NCBI GenBank assembly: GCA_964016885.1
Contig: OZ024741.1
Location: forward strand, 252,774,001 to 252,838,000
DNA from: Eledone cirrhosa
Taxonomy: Eukaryota
Length of the DNA stretch: 64,000 nucleotides
Direction: 5' to 3'
Part shown: positions 36,122 through 49,274 of the stretch, one piece after another
Layout: each line of letters starts with the position of its first letter
Numbering within the stretch: the stretch's first letter is position 1
The notes under the pieces: model-generated
What the model saw: only the letters and a program-made list of their open reading frames with translations
The model's database searches: none
What the model was told of the DNA's origin: nothing
Translations under genes and position numbers: made by a program

Positions 36122-37850
36122 TTTAGCTTTTGTCGACTTGGAGAAAGCCTTCGACAGAGTCCCCCGTTCCATTATCTGGTGGGCTCTTAGAAAACTAGGT
36201 GTTGACGAATGGCTTGTGAGAGCCATACAAGCCATGTATAAAGAAACAGTCAGCAAGGTTAGAATTAACAACGAATATAGTGAAGAGTTTAGCGTAAAAG
36301 TTGGTGTCCATCAGGGCTCTGTTCTTAGCCCCCTACTATTTATTATTGCCCTTCAGGCTATAACAGAGGAGTTCAAGACTGGCTGCCCATGGGAACTCCT
36401 ATACGCAGATGATCTAACGCTCATAGCTGAATCAATGGCCGAGCTAGAGAAGAAATTCCAAACATGGAAGCACGGCCTAGAATCAAAAGGCCTTAAAATT
36501 AACCTGGCTAAGACTAAAGTTCTAGTTTGTAGGAAAGAAAATAAGGTGCCGGTCCCCTCCGGGAAATGGCCATGCTCAGTGTGTAGGAAAGGCGTAGGTA
36601 GAAACTCCATTTTATGTCCCAAATGCAAAGTATGGGTGCATAAAAGATGTAGTGGGATCACAGGTAAGCTAACTAAGAACACAGATTTTACATGCGGCCG
36701 GTGCTCTGGTGCAATAAGTAGCAGCAAGTGCCCACAAATACTAGCTCTTTCAATTGCGTAGAGGGTTCTATAGAAATAGTGGACAGCTTCCGTTACCTGG
36801 GTGACAAAATCAGCAGTGGGGGAGGGTGCTCTAAAAGTACAGTAGCTAGAGTCAGAACTGGATGGAAAAAGTTCAGAGAGCTTATACCACTATTAGCCGA
36901 TAAAGGATTCTCCCTAAAAATGAAAGGCAGGTTGTATGATGCCTGCATACGAACAGCAATGTTGCATGGCAGTGAGACCTGGGCATTGTGTGCAGAGGAT
37001 ATACGCAGACTAGAGAGGAACGAAGCTTGCATGCTCCGCTGGATGTGTAATAGTAATATACGTGAACAGCAAAGCATAAACGAACTAAGGAAAAAATTAG
37101 AAATAAGAGGGATCAGATGTTATTTACTCGAGAGAAGGCTACGTTGGTATGGTCACGTGATGCGCATGAAAGACGACAGCTGTATAACAAAGTGCAGGGC
37201 AATAAAGATAGATGGTAGCCACGGAGTAGGCAGACCCAGGAAAACCTGGGACGAGCTGATAAATTCCGACCTCACACACTTACACCTCTCCAAGACAATG
37301 TCACTGGACCGAGACCTTTGGCGGTACTCAGTAACAGAGAAGACCCGCCTTACCTCAATACATAGTAAAACCTACTACAGTCAGTAGGCATCTCTAACAA
37401 TATACACCCCCGTCCCACCACCCCCACCCCATCCACACCGCTCCCTTCAATGCAAAGTAATGTTGGTGCCACAACATCCAGGCCGAAACAAATGAGATCG
37501 TGTAGGTGTCACGACAAAAAAACACACAGTCCACGCTGTAATGTGGCCGTGTAGGCAACACGGTAAAAAACCTCCCAGTCCCACACTGTAAATGTGGTTG
37601 GTGTTAGGAAGGGCATCCAGCTGTAGAAAACATGCCAGACATTCCACGCTGTAATGTGGCTGTGTAGGCAACACGGTAAAAACCTCCCAGCCCCACACTG
37701 TAAATGTGGTTGGTGTTAGGAAGGGCATCCAGCTGTAGAAAACCCGCCAGACAGTCCTATGCGAGCAAGACAACCACTCTTGCCTCAAGTGGGAAAACCC
37801 CCGTCCAAACCCATGCAAGCGTGGAACAGGGACGTTAAACGATGATGATG
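36122..37850 (+). mobile_element. RTE LINE, 5' truncated, one frameshift
   Basis: DLEKAFDRV, GVHQGSVLSP, YADD, Cys-rich finger, RWYGHV motifs; 3' UTR and (GAT)n tail. Confidence 0.92.
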
Positions 37851-37875
37851 ATATTTATTAAAATAACAGATTAAA

Positions 37876-37926
37876 GTTTAAGCAAAGAATCTCTGCTTTC
37901 ACCCTTAATGGGATCCTCTGAAACTA
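37876..37926 (-). ncRNA. Family A hammerhead motif (CAGAGGA core)
   Basis: Reverse complement reads agttt-CAGAGGA-tccc(attaa)gggt-GAA-AGCAG...TTGCT-T-aaact. Confidence 0.6.
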
Positions 37927-37994
37927 TATATATATATATATATAGTTCATAGTAAAATGCAAGAAATAGCTGTTAAAACAATCAAATGGCTTTA

Positions 37995-38182
37995 ATAATT
38001 GTTTCTACTTTTGGCACAAGGCCAGCAATTACTCAGTACATTACTGGTACTTTATTTTATCGACCCTGTAAGGATGAAAGGCAAAGTTAACCTCGGCGGG
38101 ATTTGAACTCAGACCATAAAGGGCGGTAACTCTTTGCTGCAAAGCATGGCATCCGACCCTCTACCGATACTGCCAATCCACT
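37995..38182 (-). mobile_element. SINE family 1, full length, with apparent flank duplication
   Basis: Reverse complement of the consensus; caaatggctttaataat occurs at ~37984 and ~38190. Confidence 0.85.
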
Positions 38183-38605
38183 GCCAATCCAAATGGCTTT
38201 AATAATAACAGCTTGGAAGTCAAATAAAAATATCCCTAAGGACAGAAAATAGTTGCCAGTGGCTGCTATGCAGAAACAGAAAGTTGTGAGGTTGGTTGGG
38301 TGAAAACTATAGATGATTAAGAGAGAAGTGTGTTGGCATCTATGAGAGATAAGGAAACGAGAATAAACGGAAAACAATTGGAGACCAAAGTTATAAAATG
38401 AGTGGAGATTAAAGTTACATGACCAAAGCACAGACACATCTCAACTTCAACCTCATCAGCACTCATCTTGCCATGTAGTTTCACATGAGAAAGAGAGAAC
38501 AATATATTTTGTGCCAGCTGGTGCAGCAGGAAATACCAGGGTGATAATGGATATAAATATATGTATAAATATGTGATAATCATACTGCTGTAACATCCTC
38601 CTCAG

Positions 38606-38823
38606 TGCTCTTTAGCATTTAAACCGTCCATACCCAACCAGAATTCTCTAACTTCTTTCTGTTCAAACCGGCCATAATCAGCCACTCATACTTATGTTAA
38701 GCTATTGTTCTCAAATTAAATAATATCATCATCAAAACCTTGTAGATTTGATATGTGAGTTAATTATGTGAGATAAAGTCTTTACCGCGAAAATACAATA
38801 GTAATGTAACAGCTAAAGGTTAA
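38606..38823. mobile_element. Degenerate piggyBac-like MITE
   Basis: Ends ctctttagcattta ... gctaaaggTTAA. Confidence 0.4.
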
Positions 38824-39029
38824 AACTATTTACCACCATTTTTACATGTATGGGGATCAAATCCTGGAAAACTGCAAATTCAATTTTAATTCTTCAAGGG
38901 TCTTCAAAGATACAATACATATCATAATGGGGTTGGTTATTCAAATATATAGGTCTTTCTTAGGAGGTTATTCTTGTTTCTAACTAAAATCTTACTGATA
39001 TATGCTCATAATGATATATACATAAATAC

Positions 39030-39477
39030 ATTCATCATAAGTCCATATATCTGTGGGGTGATGCATGAGTTTCTATGTGCTTATGTATGCATGTGCATAT
39101 ATATATGCATGTATATATATATATATATATATATATATCATCGTTTATATATATATACATATATATATACATACACATAAACATAGACACAGATAAATGC
39201 ATACATATATACATACATGCATACATTAGCATAAATTATTCCATTCATACATGTCCCAAATCATTATGTCCATGCACTTGTGTATTTATTTCTATATATT
39301 TCTATATATATACATTGCGTATGTGTTCATGTATATATATATATATATAAACATATATAAACATAGATATATACACACACGGTCACAGATACATATGTAC
39401 ATACATAAGCATAAATTATTCCATTCATACATGTCTCAAATCATTATGTCCATACATTGTGTATTGGTTTCTATATA

Positions 39478-39564
<87 letters not shown>

Positions 39565-39826
39565 AGTATATGTGTGTATATATATATGTATGTATATATA
39601 TATGTATGTATATATGTATGTATATATATATATATATGTGTGTATATATATATGTGTATATATATATATGTATGTATATGTATATATATATATACATGTA
39701 AGTGTATGTATATATATATATATATATACATATACTGGCACTGGACTCTAATATTACACACACTATACTATTATATAAATTCACACATAAATGATTACAT
39801 ATAAATACACACATACACTAGATATA

Positions 39827-39889
<63 letters not shown>

Positions 39890-39915
39890 GTATATAAATA
39901 CATATACATATACAT

Positions 39916-39962
<47 letters not shown>

Positions 39963-41135
39963 CAAATATATATATATATATATATATATATGCATATATC
40001 TAATGTATGTGTGTATTTATATAATAGTATAGTGTGTGTAATATTAGAGTCCAGTGCCAGTAAGGGCTGCCAGTTGTGTCCCTTAATTGATGGATGAGCT
40101 CCATATAGCTGAGATTGATGGGGTTCCTTAACTGTTCACACACAAACATCACACACACCTACACATGGCATACATATACACAGACATACACATTCATACA
40201 TATATACATACACATACACATGCACCACATAAAAATGTACACATATATACCACACCTACACACACACACATGCATACACAAATACACAAACACACACACA
40301 TACATAGATACATACATACATAGATACATACCTATATAGATACATGCATACAGAGATACATACATATATACATACATACATAGATACATACATACATATA
40401 TACATACACACATAGATACATACACACACAGATATATATGTATATATACTTACATAGATATATACATACATAGATACACATACATAGATACTTACGTACA
40501 TTTATACATACATAGATACATACATACATAGATACATATATACATAGATACATATATATATATAGATACATGCATACATTTATACATACATATATACATA
40601 CATACATAGATACATATATACATAGATACATATATATATATAGATACATGCATACAGAGATACATGCATACAGAGATACATACATATATACATACATAGA
40701 TACATACATACATAGATACATACATAGTCACCAAACATACACACATACTCATTTATACAACATACACACACACATCAGCTATACTATAAATGCATACTCA
40801 CACACATACATGCGATCATACATTTACACATACATCAACTACACAAGCCTATAACATGCATACATGCACATACATACACACATGCACATGTCTTAGATTG
40901 ATGTTGTTCTTTAACTTCATGCCCACAATACATAACATACACACATACACATGAGCATGCACATTTACACACACATATTCACATGCATATATACATTTCT
41001 GTTACACATACAGAAACACACATGTACTTTTGTAATCATGTACACATACATGTTGACATATACAAATTTACACACTAAAATGAACTCACAATTGTACACA
41101 TATACATGTACATATTTACAAATAGACACACAAAT
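39030..41135. repeat. Compound (TA)/(CA)/(ATAC)/(ATAG) microsatellite mosaic with local duplication and inversion
   Basis: Low-complexity sequence. 39225-39300 is repeated at 39405-39475, and 39735-39785 is inverted at 40010-40062. Confidence 0.85.
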
Positions 41136-41144
41136 ATATATTAT

Positions 41145-41800
41145 CATCATCATCATCATCATCATCATCGTCGTTGTTTAATATCCACCTTCCATGCTAG
41201 CATGGGTTAGACGGATTGTCCCATTTGAGGCAAGTTAGGTCAGGTGATCATATTCTGCTCATACAGAAATGTTTCTGGCTAGATTTCCACAGCTGGATGT
41301 CATCTTTCTAATGACAACTACATTTACAGTGTGTGCTGGGAGCATTTTGCTGTGACTCCTACATGACCACCTTACAGTGTGGACCGGATGCTTTTGTCGT
41401 GACACCTACATGACTACCTTACAGTGTGGACCGGATGCTTTTTCTCATGACACCTACATGACCACTTTTCAGTGTGGGCTGGATGCTTTTTCTCATGACA
41501 CCTACACAACCACTTTTCAGTGTGGGCTGGGTGCTTTCTGTCATGACACCTACATGACCACTTTACAGCATAGGCTGGGTGCTTTTTCTCATGACGCCTA
41601 CACAACCACTTTTCAGTGTGGGCTGGGTTCTTTTTGTCATGACACCTACACGACCACTTTTCAGTGTGGACTGGGTGCTTTTTGTCGTGACAGCTACACG
41701 ACCACTTTACAGCATGGGCTGGGTGCTTTTTGTCATGACACCTACATGACCACTTTTCAGTCTGGACTGGGTGGTTTTTGTCGTGACAGCTTCATGACAA
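41145..41800 (-). mobile_element. RTE-type 3' UTR with an expanded 48-bp minisatellite (~10 units)
   Basis: (CAT)n tail, then units of gacacctacatgaccacttttcagtgtgggctggatgctttttctcat. Confidence 0.8.
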
Positions 41801-42064
41801 AACGCATATATATTGGAATGATTTCATATGAAAGAAATAGCTCTAGTCCTTAAGAAGCCATTTTTATATCAAATTTTGTTGTTCTCACTTTACTAATGTA
41901 TTGAGTACCTTATTTACCATGGTTATCCCTTATTTTACTTGGGATCTACACACACACAGACACAGGCACACACATATATATATAGTTGTATGGTTGCAAG
42001 AAGAATTGCGTCCGTAGATGGTATGACGGTTGAGCACTCGATGCTGGCGCAGAGCAGAGTATAA

Positions 42065-42418
42065 TACTATAAGAGTAAAAGAACAAGGATTCAGTGTTGC
42101 ATCATATACATATTTAATAACATATTACATATGTTTCACTGTCGATCAGCTTGAGGAAAGGCCTATTATAGATCGAACCTGACTCTGTAATCGAAAGATA
42201 GTCAGAAATATATTTCCTATGTGATCTCATCTATGTGATCTCGTCTATGTGATGAGATCACATAGGAAATACATATTTGATGATCTTTCGATTACAAAGT
42301 CAGGTTTGATCAATAATGGGGCTTTCCTCAAGCTGATCGACAGTGAAACATATGTAATATGTTATTAAATATGTTATGATGCAACACTTAATCCTTGTTC
42401 CTTTACTCTTTTAGTATA
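42065..42418. mobile_element. Palindromic HHR cassette family N
   Basis: Arms of ~165 bp. Plus arm reads catat-TTGATGA...GAA-ACATATGT-A-atatg; the minus arm core reads CTGACTA, giving a consensus of CTGATGA. Confidence 0.7.
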
Positions 42419-42774
42419 TATATGCATTTGTGAGTTTTATATCGAATAATAATAATTTGCAAGCAAACAGCCTCATTACATTATGTGTTTTAGATAACCA
42501 TCTTCATCCTTTTGGTCTAGTGGTGCCAGAGAGAAACAATCAACAAAAATATTGCTTCTGGGTTATTACCCTCTGTCAAGATTGTATATTTCTCTTCTGT
42601 CACACACTAGAACTCTTGAGAATATATAGTATTCTCTAAAGTATGCATCAGCTGATTACCCTAATTTGCATACCAAGTGATTTTACTGCTGGCTTTGCCG
42701 AAAATCAAAAGCAAAATTAAAATTTATTTTTTCGCTCTAATATATCAGATTGAATTGAAAACTATCATTATTTG

Positions 42775-42937
42775 ATATCGGTAGAGGGTTGGACGCCATG
42801 CTTTGACGCATAGAGTTACGGCCCTTGCCATTCTGAGTTCAAATCCCACCAAGGTTAACTTTGCCTTTCATCCTTACGGGGTCGATAAAATAAAGTACCA
42901 GTAATGAACTTTTGTGCCAAAAGTAGAAACAATTATT
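42775..42937 (+). mobile_element. SINE family 1
   Basis: Consensus match with an internal deletion. Confidence 0.8.
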
Positions 42938-43004
42938 TGATGTAAACTCATGAATGCATTTATGTACCCAGTATGTTAGAGCAAAAAGCTAAATTCTAAT
43001 TTTG

Positions 43005-44110
43005 TTTATCATCATCATCATTATCATCATCATTTAACATCTATCTTCCATGCTAGCATAGGTTAGACTTGAGGCGAGATTGGTTGGGAAACAATGTCTT
43101 GCTCATATAGGACTATTTCTGGATGGTTTTCTACAGCTTGATACCCTTCCTAACGCCAACCACATTTACAGTGTGCTGGGTACTTTTTGTCGTGTCTCCT
43201 TCAAGACAACTTTACAGTGTGGACTGGATGTTTTGTGGTACTAACATAACTTTACAGAGTAAGGGTGGTATCAGCGGAAGTGGAAAGGAGGTGTAGGGGT
43301 GTGGGGTACCCTTGCAAGCAGGGAAAAGCGGACGTAAAATGATGATGATGATGTATGTATACGTGTACATATATACAAATATATGCATATACATACATGT
43401 ACATATTTACAAATGCACACACGAATGTATATAGGTATACATTCATGTACATATATGTAAATACACACATATACATACACATATAAACATACACATATAT
43501 GTGCTTATACATAAATATACACACATGTACACAATGATGATGATTGTGATGATGATGATCATAATGGTGATCATCATCATTTTAAGCCAGTTTTTTCATA
43601 CTTGCATGGGCTTCATGAGTTCCCCCTTGTCCCGGCACATGTTGCAGGCACTTATTATCTTATTGGTGAGGTCCAATCTCTAAAGATCAGCTTTCACCAT
43701 GTCTTCCCATGTTCTTGTCGGTCACTCTCTCTCACAAGTTCATTCCCCCTGGATCATTTGGCAGTTCTTTACTCATCCATACTCTTCCATTCTCATCACA
43801 TGTGTATATCAGATCGGTTTTCTCTCTTGCACACAACATCTGATTCCTCTTACATCTAGTTGTTTTTTCTTATCAACTCAATAGACATGTGTTGCATATG
43901 AAGGATGATAGTTGTATAAAATAGTGCAGGGTGATCAAAATTGATGGAAGCTATGGAGTAGGAAGATCTAGGAAGACCTGGGACAAGGTGATAAAAGCTG
44001 AGCTTGAGCAATTGCACCTCAGGATTGAGATCTTTGGCATTATGCAGTAATGCAGAAGACAAGCCTTCCCATGTACACTGACTCAAACACACATCCTGTA
44101 GGCACCTCTT
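43005..44110. mobile_element. Cluster of degenerate RTE 3' fragments in both orientations
   Basis: (CAT)n tails, RTE UTR motifs, and degraded GR.RKTW-coding sequence on both strands (43680-43870 minus; 43885-44045 plus). Confidence 0.6.
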
Positions 44111-44815
44111 AACCATTATACTCCCTTCCATACACCCTCACGCCCCTACACCCTACCTTATACATCCAGTGGAATATACTTACCTCATTTTTTATTACCA
44201 ACCTTTTAATATCCTCCACAGTTAATGCTCACATTCACCTGCCATGCAACATTACACATCATACATAACCATCATACACATTACCCTTCACTTTGAAAAA
44301 GAAACCCTTTGTTGTCAGTAGAGGTAAATAACTCCCTAAATTATTTCACCCTATTCATATTCTTGCTGGTATACTTTCAGAACACACTTCTCCACTTCTA
44401 ACTAGATTACTTAGAAAACAGAATCAGTTAACTGCTACCAGGGAGCTGTCAGAACATTTGTGAGAATTTATTTCATGTGTGCTCTTACGGCAAACTCCTG
44501 TCCATACAAATGTTTCCTACTTTGTCAGCCTGCTTGTGATCCCACTTTAACTAGTGCACCCATAGTTTACACTGAGTTCACCATATGGCATTCTTAACAA
44601 CTATATTTCTGCATATATATAGCATGAATGGGTCTACCCCGCCCCCTCTCCCCTTTTCTCCTACTGGCAGGTTTGGCTACCTCCCCCACCAACTTGCCAT
44701 CGCAGAATTACTACTACCTTGTGGGATGACCAATCCTGGTGATTATCTCTTTGACCATATATGGAATTGCCCCTTGACAAGTTCAGCTATTTAAATACCA
44801 GAACTGATTTTTCAT

Positions 44816-44955
44816 TCAGTACAGAATTAGCCGTCGAAACGGCTTGAGCTCAGCCGTCGGGGTCTTACTTACTCCTATTACCCACTCTACTACCCTAAGT
44901 ATTGAGTACTTTGGTGCGTTATGGTCCACCTGGTTCCTTACCACTTTTCCTTCGC
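44816..44955 (+). mobile_element. Family H HHR-half cassette ending in (TA)n
   Basis: Reverse-complement match to 12089-12228. Confidence 0.75.
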
Positions 44956-44978
44956 TATATATATATATATATATATAA

Positions 44979-47466
44979 CAGATAGAGACATTTAACGTAG
45001 AAGAGAACTGGGAGTTCCTAAAAAAATAACTTACTAGAGGCGACGGATGAGGTTTGTGGCTGGAGTAAGACCTCAAGCAGGAGGAGAGTGACTTGGTGGT
45101 GGAACAATAAGGTAGATGAAGCAGTCAAGGCCAAGAGACAGGCATGGAAAGAATGGAAGAACGGGGGGAGCAGGGTACATTACATAGAGACCAAGAGGGA
45201 AGCTAGGCGACAAGTATACTTAGCTAGGAGGGAAGCAGAGGATAGAAAATTCAAGCATGTTTTACAACGTGAGGACCAGAAACAGGAGGTATTCAAGATT
45301 GCGAGGCAGTGTGTCAGAGATAGTTGTGATGTCATTGGAGAGAAGTGTATCCGGAATGATAAAGGTGAGCTTGCCCTCACAAGTGCTGAGAAGAAAGATG
45401 CATGGAAGAGTCATTATGATAGATTACTAAATGAGGAGAATGCATGGGAAGAAGAGACCCTACCCCACGTAGACCCTATAGAGGGACCAGCAGTACAAGT
45501 CAGCGGCAGCGTAGTAAGTAAGGCAATCAGAGATATGAAGATAGGGAAGGCAACCGGTCCATCGGGTATAGCTGCCGAGATGCTGAAGGCATCTGGGTCT
45601 GTAGGTCACACTATAACCACACGTATCGTTAACCAGGTAATACTAGAGGGGGCCATACCAAAAGATTGGTGCAGTAGCATCATTGTCAACTGCTACAAAG
45701 GTAAAGGCGATGCACTAGATAGAGGAAACTATAGAGGTATAAAGTTGATGGACCAGGTCATGAAAGTAACAGAAAGAGTTATAGCACAGCTGATTAGGGA
45801 CCGGGTGAATATAGACGAGATGCAATTTGGGTTTGTACCAGGGAAAGGCACCACTGATGCGCTCTTCCTTGTGAGGCAATTACAGGAAAAGTACCTAGCT
45901 AAAAGTAAGCCACTCTACTTGGCATTTGTCGACCTTGAGAAAGCCTTTGACAGAGTTCCACGTGCAGTAATCTGGTGGGCTCTTAGAAAACTAGGAGTAG
46001 ATGAATGGCTTGTGAAAGCGGTACAAGCCATGTATAGGGGAGCAGTCAGCAAAGTTAGGATTGGCAATGAGTATAGCGAGGAATTTAGCGTACAGGTTGG
46101 GGTCCACCAGGGCTCTGTTCTTAGCCCTCTCCTGTTCATCATAGTCCTGCAGGCAATAACGGAGGAGTTTAAGACCGGATGCCCATGGGAACTCCTGTAT
46201 GCTGATGACCTCGCACTCATAGCTGAATCTATGGTAGAACTAGAGAATAAATTCCAAACCTGGAAGCAGGGACTAGAGAGAAAGGGCCTCAAAGTCAACA
46301 TGACAAAGACTAAGGTCCTTATAAGTAGACGAGAAAACAGAACCCAGATCCCCTCAGGGAAATGGCCTTGCTCAGTATGTAGGAAAGGTGTAGGTAGGAA
46401 CTCCATTCTTTGCCCCAAATGCAAACAATGGGTACACAAGAGATGTAGCGGGATCTCAGGAAGCTTAATTAAGAATGTAGGATTCACATGCAGCAGCTGT
46501 GCTGAAACAGCAAGCAAACAGCCACAGGAAACAAGTACCACCAATCTCTGGGAGGGCCCTGTAGAAACAGTAGACAGCTTCTGCTACCTAGGTGACCGAA
46601 TTAGCAACGGAGGTGGGTGCTCAGAAAGTACAATAACTAGGGTAAGAACGGGATGGAAGAAGTTTAGGGAACTACTACCACTGCTAGCTGCAAAAGGCTT
46701 CTCCCTCAGAATGAAAGGCAGACTGTATGATGCGTGTATCCGAACAGCGATGTTGCATGGTAGTGAGACCTGGGCGCTGAAGGTGGAAGACTTACGTAGA
46801 TTAGAGAGAAACGAAGCCTGCATGCTCCGATGGATGTGTAACAGTAATATACGTGAACGACAAAGCATAAATGAATTGAGAGAGAGACTGAGCATAAGAG
46901 GAATCAAATGCTGCGTGCAGGAGAGGCGGTTACACTGGTATGGACATGTGATGCGTATGAAGGATGACAGCTGCATAAAAAGGTGCAGAGCACTAGAAGT
47001 TGATGGAAACCGCGGAGTGGGGAGACCCAAGATGACTTGGGATGAGGTGATAAAAGCCGACCTTACCCAACTACACCTCTCAAAGTCAATGACACACGAC
47101 CGTGACTTCTGGCGTCACGCAGTAATACAGGGTACCCGACCTCCCATGGGTACATGCTGAAGCATATAAACAATATGCCCCCCCCCCCCCCCACCGCAAG
47201 GTGGTCGTGGAGGTGCCACGGCAAAAAAGCACCCAGCCCACACTGTAAAGTGGACGTGTAGGCGCCACGAAAAAGCACCCAGCACTCACTGTAAATGAGG
47301 TTGGTGTTAGGAAGGGCATCCAGCTGTAGAAATCAAGCCAGATCAGTTCCTGTATGAGCAAGGCATGGTCAGCCGACCAGACACTGCCCACAACAGGACA
47401 ACCCGTCTAACCCATGCTAGCGTGGAAGAACGGACGTAAAACGGTGATGATGATGATGATGATGAT
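44979..47466 (+). mobile_element. RTE LINE, 5' truncated (APE domain absent), open RT ORF
   Basis: Frame open from ~44979; 3' UTR and (GAT)n tail. Confidence 0.93.
45088..47160 (+). CDS. RTE reverse transcriptase with an internal PHD-like Cys/His finger
   Basis: WWN, KA.GPSGI, NYRGIKL, QFGF, DLEKAFD, YADD, C2-C2-HxxC-C2 finger (WPCSVC...FTCSSC) and WYGHVMR motifs. Confidence 0.92.
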   Translation: MTWWWNNKVDEAVKAKRQAWKEWKNGGSRVHYIETKREARRQVYLARREAEDRKFKHVLQREDQKQEVFKIARQCVRDSCDVIGEKCIRNDKGELALTSAEKKDAWKSHYDRLLNEENAWEEETLPHVDPIEGPAVQVSGSVVSKAIRDMKIGKATGPSGIAAEMLKASGSVGHTITTRIVNQVILEGAIPKDWCSSIIVNCYKGKGDALDRGNYRGIKLMDQVMKVTERVIAQLIRDRVNIDEMQFGFVPGKGTTDALFLVRQLQEKYLAKSKPLYLAFVDLEKAFDRVPRAVIWWALRKLGVDEWLVKAVQAMYRGAVSKVRIGNEYSEEFSVQVGVHQGSVLSPLLFIIVLQAITEEFKTGCPWELLYADDLALIAESMVELENKFQTWKQGLERKGLKVNMTKTKVLISRRENRTQIPSGKWPCSVCRKGVGRNSILCPKCKQWVHKRCSGISGSLIKNVGFTCSSCAETASKQPQETSTTNLWEGPVETVDSFCYLGDRISNGGGCSESTITRVRTGWKKFRELLPLLAAKGFSLRMKGRLYDACIRTAMLHGSETWALKVEDLRRLERNEACMLRWMCNSNIRERQSINELRERLSIRGIKCCVQERRLHWYGHVMRMKDDSCIKRCRALEVDGNRGVGRPKMTWDEVIKADLTQLHLSKSMTHDRDFWRHAVIQGTRPPMGTC

Positions 47467-47481
47467 ATATATATATATATA

Positions 47482-47625
47482 CGCATTTTATTAAGGCTAA
47501 ATAGTGAGTCTTGTTACTTTGGAGTTTCACAGGGTGATCAGACAGGAACTCTTTTCTGATGACCCTCTGGTAAACAGGTAAAACTCCAGAGTAACAAGAC
47601 TTATTATTTAGCCTTAATAAAATGA

Positions 47626-47626
<1 letters not shown>
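47482..47626. mobile_element. Palindromic HHR cassette family O
   Basis: Plus reads CTGATGA-ccct...aggt-AAA-ACTCCAGAGT-A-aca. Minus reads tgt-CTGATCA-ccctgt-GAA-ACTCCAAAGT-A-aca. The consensus core is canonical. Confidence 0.65.
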
Positions 47627-47674
<48 letters not shown>

Positions 47675-47789
47675 ACCAGTTTAAACTAGCAAAAGCATTG
47701 TTCAGCATAGTATTCAATACTTAAGAAGTAGAGTATAGGTATTGTAATAAGTTACAGCGCAATAGCTCAGCCGTTAGGCTGTAACTCAT

Positions 47790-47892
47790 TGCCGAGGTTA
47801 ACTTTGCCTTTCATCCTTACGGGACGATAAAATAAAGTACCAGTAATGCACTGGGTAATTGCTGGCCTTGTGCCAAAAGTAGAAATAATTAT
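47790..47892 (+). mobile_element. SINE family 1 3' half
   Basis: Consensus match. Confidence 0.75.
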
Positions 47893-48015
47893 ATATATAT
47901 ATAAATCTCTCTAAAATCGCTGACTGAATACACACATGTTTTTTTCTCAGTTTTTTCCCGTTCTTTCCTCTTCTCACTCTTTATCTTTGTATTTCATCTG
48001 TTATCTCTCATCCTA

Positions 48016-48051
48016 TCTTCTGATGAAGGACTAGTGTTTGAAACGTTAAGA
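48016..48051 (+). ncRNA. Minimal hammerhead motif (family P)
   Basis: tt-CTGATGA-aggactagtgttt-GAA-ACGTT-A-ag. Second copy on the minus strand at 63249-63284. Confidence 0.6.
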
Positions 48052-48159
48052 CTCTTTTCCTATTATTTCAAGCATTAAACTAATATATTTCTTTATTGGA
48101 TTGTGTCATTTGCTTTATTTGTTTACTTTTTACATACATACATATATATATATATATAT

Positions 48160-48582
48160 TGGCATTAAGAAGGGCATCCAGCCATAGAAACCAAGCCAAA
48201 ATCTGTTTGGGTGAGCAAGACATGGTCAACTGACTTCAAATAGGACAAACCATTTAACCCATGTTAGCGTGGAAAATGGACGTTAAACTGTGATGATAAT
48301 GATAATGATGATATATATATATATATATATATATATCATCATCATCATCATCATCATCATCGTTTACGTCCATCTTCCACGCTAGCATGGGTTTGGACGG
48401 GAGTTTTCCCACTTGAGGCAAGATTGGTTGTCTTGCTCGTATACGACTGTCTGGCAGGTATTCTACGGTTGGATGCCCTTCCTAACACCAACCACATTTA
48501 CAGTGTGGACTGGGAGGTTTTTACCGTGTTACCTACACGGCCACATTACAGCGTGGACTGTGTGTTTTTTTGTCGTGACACC

Positions 48583-48585
<3 letters not shown>
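48160..48585. mobile_element. Two RTE 3' UTR fragments, tail to tail across (TA)n
   Basis: 48160-48310 on plus with (GAT)n; 48336-48585 on minus with (CAT)n. Confidence 0.75.
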
Positions 48586-48641
<56 letters not shown>

Positions 48642-48858
48642 GTTTCGTTTCTGAATTTGTTTAGCAAGATTCTTTATCTGAAATCGTGTGTTGAAACCGA
48701 TATTGTTATACTTTGGGAGGGTCATGTTGCCAATAAGAAACACACGCACCAGTTGCTTTCACTTCAATTTAATTTAATATATATTTATAAATTTACAAAT
48801 TTATAAATTTCTGGTTGGTTGGTTGGTTCCACAACCAGATAGTTGTTTATATATATAT

Positions 48859-48903
48859 AGTCATAGTTCTTTCGTCACACACTCTGTGACCTCTTCAGTG
48901 ACT
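48859..48903 (-). ncRNA. Hammerhead ribozyme at the PLE 3' end
   Basis: Reverse complement reads agtca-CTGAAGA-g-gtcac(agagtgt)gtgac-GAA-AGAACT-A-tgact. Confidence 0.75.
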
Positions 48904-49274
48904 GGGGATTTCTTTCTTCGTTTCTGTGCCTTTCCTTTCTTCTATCCTACGCCATTTTGTTTGTGTGTGGGTTGCGTGCTCAGTTTGCGCATGCGACACA
49001 TCCGGGTGTCTGTGTGTGTTTGTGTTCATTTTTCTATTTTTCTATTTATATTTGTTTGTTTATTTATTTATTTATTGTTGGTTGGTTGTTTGTTCTATGT
49101 GTGTGTGTGTTTTCATTTTGTCTTGTGTGTGTTTTCAATTGTAAGTTGTTTGTTCTATGTGTGTGTGTGTTTTCATTTTGTCCTTAATTGTAAGTTGTGA
49201 TGTTGCTGTTCCACTCATATTTTCTATTTAATTTTGGTTTTAATTCTTTTATGCTTACTGCCTCTGTAATTTGC

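Noticed and set aside
38974-41181. Many YI/HT/MYV-rich ORFs
   Set aside because: They are dinucleotide and tetranucleotide microsatellite artefacts.
41377-41853. 158-aa Cys/Thr repeat protein
   Set aside because: It is a translation of the 48-bp minisatellite in an RTE-type UTR.
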